Shown in pieces: positions 30,707-40,815 of a DNA stretch of 64,000 bases (its first letter is position 1; each line of letters begins with the position of its first letter). The notes beneath the pieces are model-generated. The model was not told the origin of the DNA, did not search any database, and was given only the letters and a program-made list of their open reading frames with translations. The DNA lies in contig JAHLVW010000036.1 of NCBI GenBank assembly GCA_019058275.1, positions 64,001 to 128,000 of the forward strand. The letters are read 5' to 3'. The position numbers were made by a program, and so were the translations under genes. The stretch is from Candidatus Heimdallarchaeota archaeon (GTDB taxonomy: Archaea > Asgardarchaeota > Heimdallarchaeia > JABLTI01).

Positions 30707-33597
30707 TGAAAAATTACATAGAAATTATTGGTGCAAAAGAAAATAATCTAAAGAATGTCACTGTAAAGATTCCTCGAGATAAATTTACTGTGGTAACTGG
30801 TGTATCCAGATCTGGGAAATCCTCACTAGCATTTGATGTATTATATGCTGAAGGACAAAGAAGATTCTTAGAGACTCTTTCAGCTTATGCTAGATCTCGA
30901 GTTCCACAAATGAAAAGACCTGATGTTCAATTTATCAAAGGATTATCTCCAATTGTAAGTATAGATCAAAAACGAGGTATAAGTAATCCTAGATCAACAG
31001 TTGGTAGTTTAACAGATGTGGGAAGCTATGTTAGGTTACTATATTCAGTTATAGGAGATGCGTATTGTCCTTATTGCGATCATCAGATTAGTATCAAAAC
31101 AGCTGGTCAATTAGCTGATGAAATTGGATCTTTACCAGAAGGAGCTATTATAGAGGTTCGTTCTATTCTCTTCAAAGTTTATGGAGAAGATTATCAGTAT
31201 TTACTCGATCAAATAAGAAATCATGGTTATAGACGCTTTAGGATTAATAATGAAGTATTTGACATAGGAAAAGAGATTGAATTAGATGCAGATAATGACT
31301 ATCAAATAGAAGCGATTATTGACAAATTTACTGTTAAGGGAGATATCTATAAGCAAATTATCGAAACAATCGAAAATGCATTTTTCATTGGTCAGAAATT
31401 AATTATTATAGAGGTATTAAATTCAAAAGAGATTAAGGTTGATTTGAAGGATTTCTTTAGTTTCATGTGTCCGGAACATCATACTGTTTGTGGTGAATTA
31501 TTACCTTGGTTTTTCACATCAAATGATCCTGAAAGTGCTTGTGTGACATGTGCTGGATTAGGCACTCAATTTAGAGCTTCTCCATTCTTAATTGTGAATG
31601 ATGAAAATAAAACTATAAGAGATGGAGCATTAGATACCAGAATCTTTAATTTTAGTCAGAAAACATACAAGCGATTCAATAATATGGATGGAGTTATGAT
31701 GCATAGTTTAGCAGAACATTATAACTTCAGCTGGGATGATACATTCAAGGATTTACCTGAAAAAATACGAAATATTCTTTTTTATGGTTCAGAAGGTGAG
31801 AAGATAGAAATAATCATTCCTCCTGATGCCCCTATTCAAGATGATAAAAATAAAGGTAAGCTAGTTGCTTGGGAAGGCTATATTTCTAGAATTGATCGTT
31901 GGTACAAAAGAGTCACTAATCAAAGAACTCCGAAGTCATACGAAGAGGATATGTACAAACGAGTAATGGTAGAACAAACATGCCCTGATTGTAAAGGGTT
32001 GAAATTACAAAAACATCGAACGTTCATACGCATTAAGAACAAGAGTATATTTGAAGTAAATTCACTGCCTCTAGATGAACTGTTTGAATTTCTTGGGAAA
32101 TTAGATATCTCTGAGGAAAAAAAACACCTAGCATTACCTGTTCTTGAGGAAATTAACAAACGACTTAAGGTTATGATTCGAATTGGTTTGGATTACATTA
32201 GCTTGAATAGAAGAACAGATACACTATCTGGTGGGGAGCTACAAAGAACAAAACTGTCTACACAAATTGGTTCAGAACTAATGGGATTAATGTTTGTTCT
32301 TGATGAACCTTCGATTGGTCTACATCCCAGAGATTCTCATAAACTGATTACTGTGCTAAAGGAAATGCGCGACCTTGGAAATACAGTCATTGTCATTGAG
32401 CATGACGTTGATACAATACAAGCTGCTGATCATTTAATTGAAATGGGACCTGGTCCAGGAATTTATGGTGGAGAATTGGTAGCTCAAGGCACTATTAATG
32501 AAATAATGAATCACAAAACCTCAATTACTGGTCAGTATTTATCTGGTGTGAAAAAGATAGCTACTCCATCAAAACGAAGAAAATCAAATGGTCATTCGCT
32601 GGTAATAAAAGGTGCTCGAGAAAATAATCTGAAAAATCTGAATGTAAAAATACCTTTAGGGAATTTTGTATGTATAACTGGAGTATCCGGATCTGGAAAA
32701 AGCAGTTTGATTCATGAAATCCTTTACAAGAAACTCTATTCAATATTCAGAGATAAAAGAATCTTACCTGGAAAGCATAATGCAGTTGAAGGAACAGAGT
32801 TTTTAGAAGATGTTAGAAATATTGATCAAACTCCTATTGGTAGATCAGCCAGATCAAATCCTGCTACTTACATTGGTTTCTTTGATAAAATAAGACGAAT
32901 ATTTACTAATTTAGAAGAATCAAAAGCAAGAGGTTATAATGTAGGCCATTTTAGCTTCAATGCTAGTACTGGTGGAAGATGTCCAGAATGTAGAGGCTGG
33001 GGTAGGATTGTAACACCATTACAATATATGGCTGATATTGAATCGATATGTCCTGTCTGCAAAGGAGCACGATTTAGAAAAGAGATTTTAGAAATAAAAT
33101 ACAAGAATAAGACAATTGCTGATGTCCTAGATATGAGTGTTGAAGAAGCATTAGAATTTTTTAAAGATGATAACTACCTTGTAAATAAACTAAAAGTGAT
33201 GAAAGATTTAGGATTAAGTTATCTGAAAATCGGACAATCATCCTCAACTATTTCAGGTGGAGAAGCTCAACGAATAAAATTGGCTCAAGAACTAGGCAAA
33301 ATGAAACGAAGAAAAAACAATTTGTATATTTTGGATGAGCCTACTACAGGTTTACATCTAGCAGATATTCAATGTTTACTTGATATTATCAATCGTTTAG
33401 TGGATGAAGGAAACACTGTTCTAGTTGTTGAGCATAATCTTGACGTCATAAAAACGGCTGATCATGTTATTGATCTTGGACCTGAAGGAGGAAAACTAGG
33501 TGGCGAGCTTGTTGCACAAGGAACTCCCGAGGACAATGTAAAAATTTCTTCTTCATACACCGGTCAACATCTACAAAAATTTATTAATGCTTCATAG
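30706..33597 (+). CDS. uvrA: Divergent UvrA family ABC ATPase
   Basis: GAKENNLKNV, TGVSRSGKSS, LSGGELQR, LDEPSIGLH, TGVSGSGKSS, ISGGEAQR, Zn-finger CxxC pairs. Confidence 0.9.
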   Translation: MKNYIEIIGAKENNLKNVTVKIPRDKFTVVTGVSRSGKSSLAFDVLYAEGQRRFLETLSAYARSRVPQMKRPDVQFIKGLSPIVSIDQKRGISNPRSTVGSLTDVGSYVRLLYSVIGDAYCPYCDHQISIKTAGQLADEIGSLPEGAIIEVRSILFKVYGEDYQYLLDQIRNHGYRRFRINNEVFDIGKEIELDADNDYQIEAIIDKFTVKGDIYKQIIETIENAFFIGQKLIIIEVLNSKEIKVDLKDFFSFMCPEHHTVCGELLPWFFTSNDPESACVTCAGLGTQFRASPFLIVNDENKTIRDGALDTRIFNFSQKTYKRFNNMDGVMMHSLAEHYNFSWDDTFKDLPEKIRNILFYGSEGEKIEIIIPPDAPIQDDKNKGKLVAWEGYISRIDRWYKRVTNQRTPKSYEEDMYKRVMVEQTCPDCKGLKLQKHRTFIRIKNKSIFEVNSLPLDELFEFLGKLDISEEKKHLALPVLEEINKRLKVMIRIGLDYISLNRRTDTLSGGELQRTKLSTQIGSELMGLMFVLDEPSIGLHPRDSHKLITVLKEMRDLGNTVIVIEHDVDTIQAADHLIEMGPGPGIYGGELVAQGTINEIMNHKTSITGQYLSGVKKIATPSKRRKSNGHSLVIKGARENNLKNLNVKIPLGNFVCITGVSGSGKSSLIHEILYKKLYSIFRDKRILPGKHNAVEGTEFLEDVRNIDQTPIGRSARSNPATYIGFFDKIRRIFTNLEESKARGYNVGHFSFNASTGGRCPECRGWGRIVTPLQYMADIESICPVCKGARFRKEILEIKYKNKTIADVLDMSVEEALEFFKDDNYLVNKLKVMKDLGLSYLKIGQSSSTISGGEAQRIKLAQELGKMKRRKNNLYILDEPTTGLHLADIQCLLDIINRLVDEGNTVLVVEHNLDVIKTADHVIDLGPEGGKLGGELVAQGTPEDNVKISSSYTGQHLQKFINAS

Positions 33598-33682
33598 TGA
33601 TTATTCAAAGAATCTCTTATCAACGTAATTCCATATAACTTAAAGACTTGAAGATTCAAATATAGTTAGAAGTCTGTTTGAT

Positions 33683-35776
33683 TTGAAAAAGGAGTTTTTT
33701 ATCTCAACAGTAATGGAGTTACTAATTATGAAAATACGTCAGAAAAATGCTTCTTTCTTACTATCATTTGTTGTAATCATGCTTTTTTTTACAATTTATA
33801 TTGATGTTTATAGTAGAAATGTTAGTGAGATAAAGCCAATTGTTTCAGCTTTAGAGATTTGTGAACCTGACGTTCTTGAACCAATGGTTGAGCATTTTGA
33901 TTGGTTAATTATGATCTATTTAGATGGTGACAATAATCTGGAAGAAGATGCAATTAATGATTTCAATGAATTAGAAGATGGAATTGAAGTAGGTTCATCA
34001 ATAGCTATCATCGTTCTTTTTGATCGAATACCCGGCGAAGACAGTTTAAATGATGATTGGACTGGTACAAGATTATTTAATGTAACATCTGATTCAGATG
34101 CTACAAATATAAATTCTGAACTACTAGAAGATTGGGGTGAGAAAAACATGGGAGAAAGCAATACTTTAGAACTTTTCATAAATTATTGTTTTGACAAATA
34201 TACTGCTGATAATTACTGGCTGAACATTTGGGATCATGGTGGAGGAGTTGTTGGTCTCTGTACAGATGATACAGATTCTGATTTTCTAACTCTTGATGAA
34301 ATGCAACAAGCAATTGATGCAAGTACCACACTATATGCACAGGACTTTGATCTGATTTCCCATGATGCATGCTATATGAATATGATAGAGGTTGCATATG
34401 AATTAGAAGAATATACAGATTATTTTGTTGGTTCTGAAGAATCAGTACCACTTGATGGTTTTGATTACTTAACGATTATTTCACAACTCGAATCTGATAC
34501 TTCTATGAATGAAACTACTCTAGCAGAGATAATTGTTGATTCTTATAATGCATCCTACGATTCAATTTACTATGATGTCGCTCTTTCATGTCTGAATCTA
34601 AGTGTGTTTGATACTCTAATTCCTAATGTAAATAATTTTGCTGGTTATCTTTCTCTGGTTATTGATGATGGACAGGGAGCAAGTATTGAGAATGCTTACT
34701 TTAACACATTAATCTTAATGTTTGATTATTCAATTGATTTCATAAATTTCGTTGAAGAAATTATGGCTGATACCACATTAATGGCGACTTATCCTGATCT
34801 TAATAGTGCTGCTCAAGATCTTTTATCTAATCTTACATCTCTTGTTTTGTTTAATTACCAAAATAGCTACTATTCAGGTGATGCAAATGGAGTTACTATT
34901 TTCATGCCACTCATGAATTTTATTAATTCACCTGATATAGATGATTATATAAATTCAAGTGTTAATTATGCAAACATTGATTGGCAAACTGATACTTTCT
35001 GGGATGAATTCTTAGCTGACTTCTATTCGAATTGTTTTGGAGTATCTCTAGCTTACGAAGAACTTTTACTAGGTGTTTCAACAGGTACACAAACAATTTC
35101 TCTGGGAGAAGGACATCTCTATGCATTTGAAGTAGTTGAAGAAGGTCCATATGATATTAGAGTTAATATTGTAGATGGTGACGTTGATCTTTATTTATTT
35201 AATGGCACAGATTTATCTGACATGGCTTATAGTAAGCTATATAATTCAATTGATGGCTCTATTGAGAGAATCCGAGGTTATTTCATACCAGGAATTTACA
35301 TTGTAGATATAATTGGTTGGATGTATTCTAGTTATAATTTAGTAGTGAATCAATACACTTTGCCAATTGTTGAACCTAGTGAATCAATTACTGTCAGTAG
35401 TGGAACAGCATTAGGAGATGAGTCGGGTCATTACCAGCAAATTGTATATCACTATTTTGAGGTACCAATTACTGAACTAGGAAACTATACGTTCAGTTTA
35501 TCTTATAATTCACATGCAGTTAACTACGATCTCTTTCTTTTAAATAAAGCATATAACTTGCAATATTATTCTGAATCTACTTCTTCTTTAGATTCCATAA
35601 CAGTGAGCTTTAGCGAATCAGCAACAGTAATTGTATGTATATTTGGATTAACAGGATATGGATCATTTACTTTAGAAATAATACATCTTACACCTACTTC
35701 AGAAACTTCTGGATTAACTTTTATCTTTAGCTTTATTGCTTTGCTAGGAATGGCTTTTTGGAAAACGAAAAATTAG
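33683..35776 (+). CDS. Clostripain (C11) peptidase, secreted and C-terminally anchored
   Basis: YLDGDNNLE, WDHGGG (His), DACYM (Cys); PPC-like domains; terminal TM; start may be 33728. Confidence 0.9.
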   Translation: MKKEFFISTVMELLIMKIRQKNASFLLSFVVIMLFFTIYIDVYSRNVSEIKPIVSALEICEPDVLEPMVEHFDWLIMIYLDGDNNLEEDAINDFNELEDGIEVGSSIAIIVLFDRIPGEDSLNDDWTGTRLFNVTSDSDATNINSELLEDWGEKNMGESNTLELFINYCFDKYTADNYWLNIWDHGGGVVGLCTDDTDSDFLTLDEMQQAIDASTTLYAQDFDLISHDACYMNMIEVAYELEEYTDYFVGSEESVPLDGFDYLTIISQLESDTSMNETTLAEIIVDSYNASYDSIYYDVALSCLNLSVFDTLIPNVNNFAGYLSLVIDDGQGASIENAYFNTLILMFDYSIDFINFVEEIMADTTLMATYPDLNSAAQDLLSNLTSLVLFNYQNSYYSGDANGVTIFMPLMNFINSPDIDDYINSSVNYANIDWQTDTFWDEFLADFYSNCFGVSLAYEELLLGVSTGTQTISLGEGHLYAFEVVEEGPYDIRVNIVDGDVDLYLFNGTDLSDMAYSKLYNSIDGSIERIRGYFIPGIYIVDIIGWMYSSYNLVVNQYTLPIVEPSESITVSSGTALGDESGHYQQIVYHYFEVPITELGNYTFSLSYNSHAVNYDLFLLNKAYNLQYYSESTSSLDSITVSFSESATVIVCIFGLTGYGSFTLEIIHLTPTSETSGLTFIFSFIALLGMAFWKTKN

Positions 35777-35872
35777 AAAATAGATTTTTAACAGATTTAT
35801 TTTCTTTTAATTTTTTCTAAGTTTTACCTATCGTCAAAAATAAAACTGAAAATAAAATTTGATATCCAGCAA

Positions 35873-36286
35873 TCAATCTTCCCAATCAAGAGTTTTCCAG
35901 AAATTATAGAAGATGTCAGCTTCTTCTAGATATTCAAAACCAACTTTGTCTATAAATAACCAAATATAACGTTTACCTACAATAAACAAATCAGATAATT
36001 CATTCTCTTCTTGCGAATAATGCACAAAGGAATTGATGCTTAGCATTTGTAGTACTTTCTGATAGATTTCCAATTTGGTATCGGATGCATGTTGTATGGA
36101 TAAAATCATCTCTCCATTATCATTAGTGAATACCAATCCTCTACTATCAAAAACCCCACGTAGATATGCGCTTAAATTTCCTTTCTTCCAGGTGAGCACA
36201 TCTTCGGGATTTGTTTCAGATTCATCAATTTTCTTACTATAACTTCGAAGATTATAAATTGGTTTATCTTCATTTTTATGACTCAC
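35873..36286 (-). CDS. Stand-alone single LAGLIDADG-like domain protein
   Basis: AYLRGVFDSRG...LQMLSINS...LFIDKVGF. Confidence 0.65.
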   Translation of the reverse strand: MSHKNEDKPIYNLRSYSKKIDESETNPEDVLTWKKGNLSAYLRGVFDSRGLVFTNDNGEMILSIQHASDTKLEIYQKVLQMLSINSFVHYSQEENELSDLFIVGKRYIWLFIDKVGFEYLEEADIFYNFWKTLDWED

Positions 36287-36425
36287 AGCAATAACTCTCT
36301 TGGTATTTTTTGATTCAATTTGCTTTTATCAAATAATCCTCTGAAATTATATATAAAAACAACTAAAAAATCTAGCAATCACAAATTAGTTGGTTTTAAA
36401 AGAAAGAAAAATGATAAAGATTATT

Positions 36426-36903
36426 CTAACTCTTTATCCATTTTGAAATTTCCTTACATTCCTTTTCGATTCTTTCTATAACTCCTTCTTTAAATGGTCC
36501 TTCAGCAGTTTTCACTTGGCCATCTATCCATTCAGGGTAAACATTGGCAATTACATTTCCCTTTTTTAATGACTCATTAAATCTGTTACCTTTGTTCTTT
36601 ATTTTATCAAAATCTAGCACATGAGTAACAAAGGAAATACCATATTTTATGCTCTTTTTGTTTTTGTTCAATTGTCCTTTTAATTTTCGTAACCATTTCT
36701 TAGATACAGGACTTATCATAAAAATCCTAACAGCAGTACCAACAATAAGAACATCTGGGGAATCATTGGCAACCATTTCGGGGGCTGTATTTTTTATATA
36801 GACCAATATTAACATCCATTTTTTTACCCAAGACTTCTCCTAAAGTCTTCGCTAACTTCTCACCATTACCAAAAGTAGAATCATGAACTATCCATAGTTT
36901 CAC
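36426..36903 (-). pseudogene. Flavodoxin-like protein, frameshifted
   Basis: GTG at 36903 gives MKLWIVHDSTFGNGVKLAKTLGE...; a +1 nt near 36801 joins ORF 36426-36815. Confidence 0.75.
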
Positions 36904-37071
36904 AGATTATCACAATAATATTAACAAAGATTTCTTGGTTGAAAGCTAATATAAACATTAGTTTTCAATTTCAATCATATTATTGTTTTTCTGTAAGTTA
37001 AATCAAAATAACTAAAAATGAAGACATCCCCAATAATAGTGGTTTGAAAAAATTCTGGGAAGAAGATACAA

Positions 37072-38106
37072 TTGAAGAAGAATAAGGTAATATCACTTTT
37101 AGTTCGATTCAGTATACTAATGGTTGTGTCAGTTACATTAATTGTTAGTAGTGTTTTAATCGCTTATTACCCACCAGCTCAATATAACTATACTGATGAG
37201 AGTTTTAATTTTGAATTAAAACCTGAATATAATGAAACTCAGTTCAACATAGTTTTTGATCATCATAGTCACACAAAGTACTCAGATGGCATTTTAACAG
37301 TTGAACATAACATACTATGGCATATTGCTCATGGATTCAATGCTATGGCTTTATCTGATCATAATACTCTTGATAATGCAGATGAGCTTGCAATAATGGT
37401 TAATAAATATAAAGATCAGATAGTAATAATTCAAGGATTTGAATGGACTACAAATCGTATTCATCTTAATTTTATTGGAATTTCTGAAGATATTCCTGTA
37501 CCATCAAATAAATCCACTGATGTAGAAATCCAAGAAGCTATTGATGCTGCTCATGATCAAGGTGGAATTGTTATTGTTAATCACATTCCCTGGAGTTTGC
37601 CAATTATGCCCGATCATCCTACTCGAGCTCAATTACTCGCTTGGGAAGTTGATTATATAGAGATTGTCAATGAAAACATCTATGATGAAGAATCAGTACC
37701 ATGGTGCAACAACACTGGAGGGTTTGGTATGATTACTGGCACTGATATGCATTATCCAATGAATGTTTACAGTTGGACTTTAATGAATACTACAAGCTTT
37801 ACTGCAACAGCTGTTATGGAACAATTATCAGCAAGAAATACAACTATTCTTTATGATAGAGCTAGTCAGGTTGATCAAACAACAGGTCCACCGAGTGTAA
37901 AATATAAACTAGTTAAACCTTTAATTTCCATTGGTAGGAATTTTAAACCAACAGATATTGCTGTTGGTTTAATTGACTGGCAAGCTTTTGGCATCGCAAT
38001 TGCTTATATTATTGTTGGTTTTGTGGTTGTAGAATCGGTAACTATTGGAATAGCTGCCATAAGAAAACGAAAGAAAAAGGAAGATTACGATAAATACTAT
38101 GATTAG
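37072..38106 (+). CDS. Membrane-anchored PHP-domain metallophosphoesterase
   Basis: DHHSHTKYSDG, SDHN, EWTT, NH, GTDMH; TM at both ends. Confidence 0.88.
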   Translation: MKKNKVISLLVRFSILMVVSVTLIVSSVLIAYYPPAQYNYTDESFNFELKPEYNETQFNIVFDHHSHTKYSDGILTVEHNILWHIAHGFNAMALSDHNTLDNADELAIMVNKYKDQIVIIQGFEWTTNRIHLNFIGISEDIPVPSNKSTDVEIQEAIDAAHDQGGIVIVNHIPWSLPIMPDHPTRAQLLAWEVDYIEIVNENIYDEESVPWCNNTGGFGMITGTDMHYPMNVYSWTLMNTTSFTATAVMEQLSARNTTILYDRASQVDQTTGPPSVKYKLVKPLISIGRNFKPTDIAVGLIDWQAFGIAIAYIIVGFVVVESVTIGIAAIRKRKKKEDYDKYYD

Positions 38107-38213
38107 AATGATGTTGGAGCAATTACAATCAATTGTTTCAATTATTTCTTTGTTTTTTAACAAAATTTTCGATAGCAAAATATATCAGCATTAAACCTAT
38201 TTGTTGCTTTAAT

Positions 38214-39293
38214 ATGGTCGAAAAATCCTTCTCTATAGATGCTCCTGGTAGAGTATTCCTTTTCGGAGAACATAGTGATTATCTAGGATTAGAAGTTATC
38301 TCAGCTGCTCTGAACAAGACAATAACTATTGATGTGAAACCAAATGCTGAGAAACAGATTCATATTAAGTATACAGATCTTGCTGAAGTAGATAGTTTTG
38401 AAATATCTGATAATTTGATTTATAGACATAAACGCGATTATGTGAGAAGCTCACTAAATGTTTTAAAAAATAATAATATCATTCCAAAGAATGGAGCTTC
38501 TTTGGAAATTTCTGGGAGCATACCAATTGCTGCTGGGTTATCAAGCTCATCAGCCCTTTCAGTTGCAAGTATATTGACCTTTTCAAAATTAGCTGATGTT
38601 GAATTAAATAAAGAAGAAGTCGCTCAATATGCATTTGAAGCTGAAGTGCTTGAGTTTGGCGAGAGTGGTGGAATGATGGATCATCTCGCATCAATTTTCG
38701 GAGGGATAATTCATGTGGACTTTGGTCATCAGTTTAAAATCACTCCATTATCAACCAAAATTACTGGATTAATCATTGGCGATTCTTTAGAAAAAAAGAA
38801 AGATACAGTAGGGGATTTGAGAATGATTAGAACCAACGTAGAAGCAGGTTATAATCAACTCAAGAATTATATTCAAGGTTTTGATCACAGATTAACTTCA
38901 CTTGATGATGTATTGACTCATATTGGAAAAATATCCGATTCGACTAGTAGAATGATGACCGAAGCAACCATCCGCAACCGTGATTTAACGAGAGAAGCAC
39001 TGCAATATCTTATAGAAGGAGCTAAAGAACCTAATACTTTTGGTAAGTTGATTGATAGACATCACATGTTAATGAAAGATGGACTTAGACGCTCTACAAA
39101 GAAAATTGAGAGGATGATTTTAGCAGCTAAGGATGCTGGAGCCTTAGGAGGTAAAATTAATGGTAGTGGTGGAGGAGGTACTATGCTTGCATATGCTCCT
39201 GGGAAGGAGGATGATGTAGCTAATGCTTTAGAGGATGTTGGTGGTAAACCTTACATTGTTAAAATTAGTGATGGGGCTTCTATTAGATATTAA
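38214..39293 (+). CDS. galK: Galactokinase / GHMP kinase
   Basis: APGRVFLFGEHSDY, PIAAGLSSS, GMMD, GSGGGG; start taken at MVEKS. Confidence 0.8.
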   Translation: MVEKSFSIDAPGRVFLFGEHSDYLGLEVISAALNKTITIDVKPNAEKQIHIKYTDLAEVDSFEISDNLIYRHKRDYVRSSLNVLKNNNIIPKNGASLEISGSIPIAAGLSSSSALSVASILTFSKLADVELNKEEVAQYAFEAEVLEFGESGGMMDHLASIFGGIIHVDFGHQFKITPLSTKITGLIIGDSLEKKKDTVGDLRMIRTNVEAGYNQLKNYIQGFDHRLTSLDDVLTHIGKISDSTSRMMTEATIRNRDLTREALQYLIEGAKEPNTFGKLIDRHHMLMKDGLRRSTKKIERMILAAKDAGALGGKINGSGGGGTMLAYAPGKEDDVANALEDVGGKPYIVKISDGASIRY

Positions 39294-39350
39294 GGAACTA
39301 ATTCTATTTAGAGAGATAATTATTGTAACAGTGTAAGTATATGCTGTTGT

Positions 39351-39917
39351 GTGATTTTGAATAAAGAGTCAACATTGGATGAGAGTAATGACAAAATAGA
39401 TGGTAAAGGAATCATTTGTGAGGTTACTTTTCAGAATAAGATAGTAGCTATAATTTACAAACAACCAGGGACTCTGTCTAATTGGAACACAATTCGAGAA
39501 AAATTGTTTAAGCATATTGAAGAGAAATTGCTCAAAAAGATAGTTGATAGAGGTTTAAAGAAACCACATCATAAAGATCTAATCAAAAACAATTACAGCG
39601 ATTTTAGTCGTTTCTTTGAACGTAAAATTCGTTATCTAATTTCACACTATATTAAATTAGGAAAATTCGATGTTATATTTTCTGACTATAATTCAAAATT
39701 AGAAAAAGAAATAGAACTAAATCTAAAAGAATCAATCCAATCAGAAAATAAACACGAAATGGAAACAAAAATTTCTGATGTAAATAAGCAAATTGACTTT
39801 ATACAACAGAATGATTTAGTTGATATGCTACAAGAATCATTGTTAAAGGATAGAGATTTTCTTGATAATATTTTGAATTATACCTCTGAGTTCATTTATT
39901 ACTTGGTTATGTTCTAA
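39351..39917 (+). CDS. Hypothetical protein
   Basis: 188-aa ORF, no motif recognised. Confidence 0.6.
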   Translation: MILNKESTLDESNDKIDGKGIICEVTFQNKIVAIIYKQPGTLSNWNTIREKLFKHIEEKLLKKIVDRGLKKPHHKDLIKNNYSDFSRFFERKIRYLISHYIKLGKFDVIFSDYNSKLEKEIELNLKESIQSENKHEMETKISDVNKQIDFIQQNDLVDMLQESLLKDRDFLDNILNYTSEFIYYLVMF

Positions 39918-39967
39918 AGATGATTTCATTCTGAATAAATCTTAAATTCATTGAATTACATTTTTGC

Positions 39968-40690
39968 TTAGCTGGTTGTGAGTGTTTTGATAAAAGTATC
40001 CTCCAACTGCTTCAATATCTCTGGTTTCTCTAATAACAAAATGAAAATTGCTGCATAAAGATTGATATAATTGATTTTATCAAGGCTTGTTTTACTATAT
40101 AGATCAGATAGCTTTTCACTGTCCTTTGCTTTATCTAACAGATCCATAACGATTCTATTTTCTTCACCAGCAACTGCTTTAAATAACTCAAAAACTGCTT
40201 TTGATTCCGCTGGTTGTTTGCTAAAATATTCAGTTACAAGTATGTTCAGTTTTTCTGATATCATCTTACCTTTTTCTTTCTCCCACCACTTATAATCATC
40301 ATCTTGTTTTTGGAAAAAGATACTTGCAGTTCGAGCATACAACTTTTCAGCTATTCGACTTCCTTCTGTCATTCTATGGCCTGCAACAGCGACTAAACCA
40401 GTTTTTTCCATCTTTTCTAAATGACGATATATTGTCTTTATTGTAAATCGATGTTTGTTTGCTTCTTTCTCAAAGAATAGATTGTGAATCTCCTTTGCTG
40501 TCATGTACTTGTTTCGTAAAGCTCCTATAATTTCATATCTTTCATAGAGTATTTTTGATTCGTCAGCTTCAAGAAACTTCACTACTTTTGGTTTAAAAGA
40601 AATGTAATCTTTGTGTTTACGAGTTTTATTATTCTCGCTATTCTTTTCTTCCATGACGCTCACTACTTTAATTAAAAGTTTTACTGACAT
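39968..40690 (-). CDS. Winged-helix transcriptional regulator
   Basis: MTAKEIH...TIYRHLEKMEKTGLV...EKLYARTA. Confidence 0.82.
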   Translation of the reverse strand: MSVKLLIKVVSVMEEKNSENNKTRKHKDYISFKPKVVKFLEADESKILYERYEIIGALRNKYMTAKEIHNLFFEKEANKHRFTIKTIYRHLEKMEKTGLVAVAGHRMTEGSRIAEKLYARTASIFFQKQDDDYKWWEKEKGKMISEKLNILVTEYFSKQPAESKAVFELFKAVAGEENRIVMDLLDKAKDSEKLSDLYSKTSLDKINYINLYAAIFILLLEKPEILKQLEDTFIKTLTTS

Positions 40691-40815
40691 ATAAGGTTAT
40701 CAGTGTGTATTGTTAAAGACAATCAATAACACTCATGGAAATACTAATATACAAAAGAGACAATGAATGTTATAATATGTCACTTGTTATGGATTGTTTT
40801 AAGTGAGGAATTATA

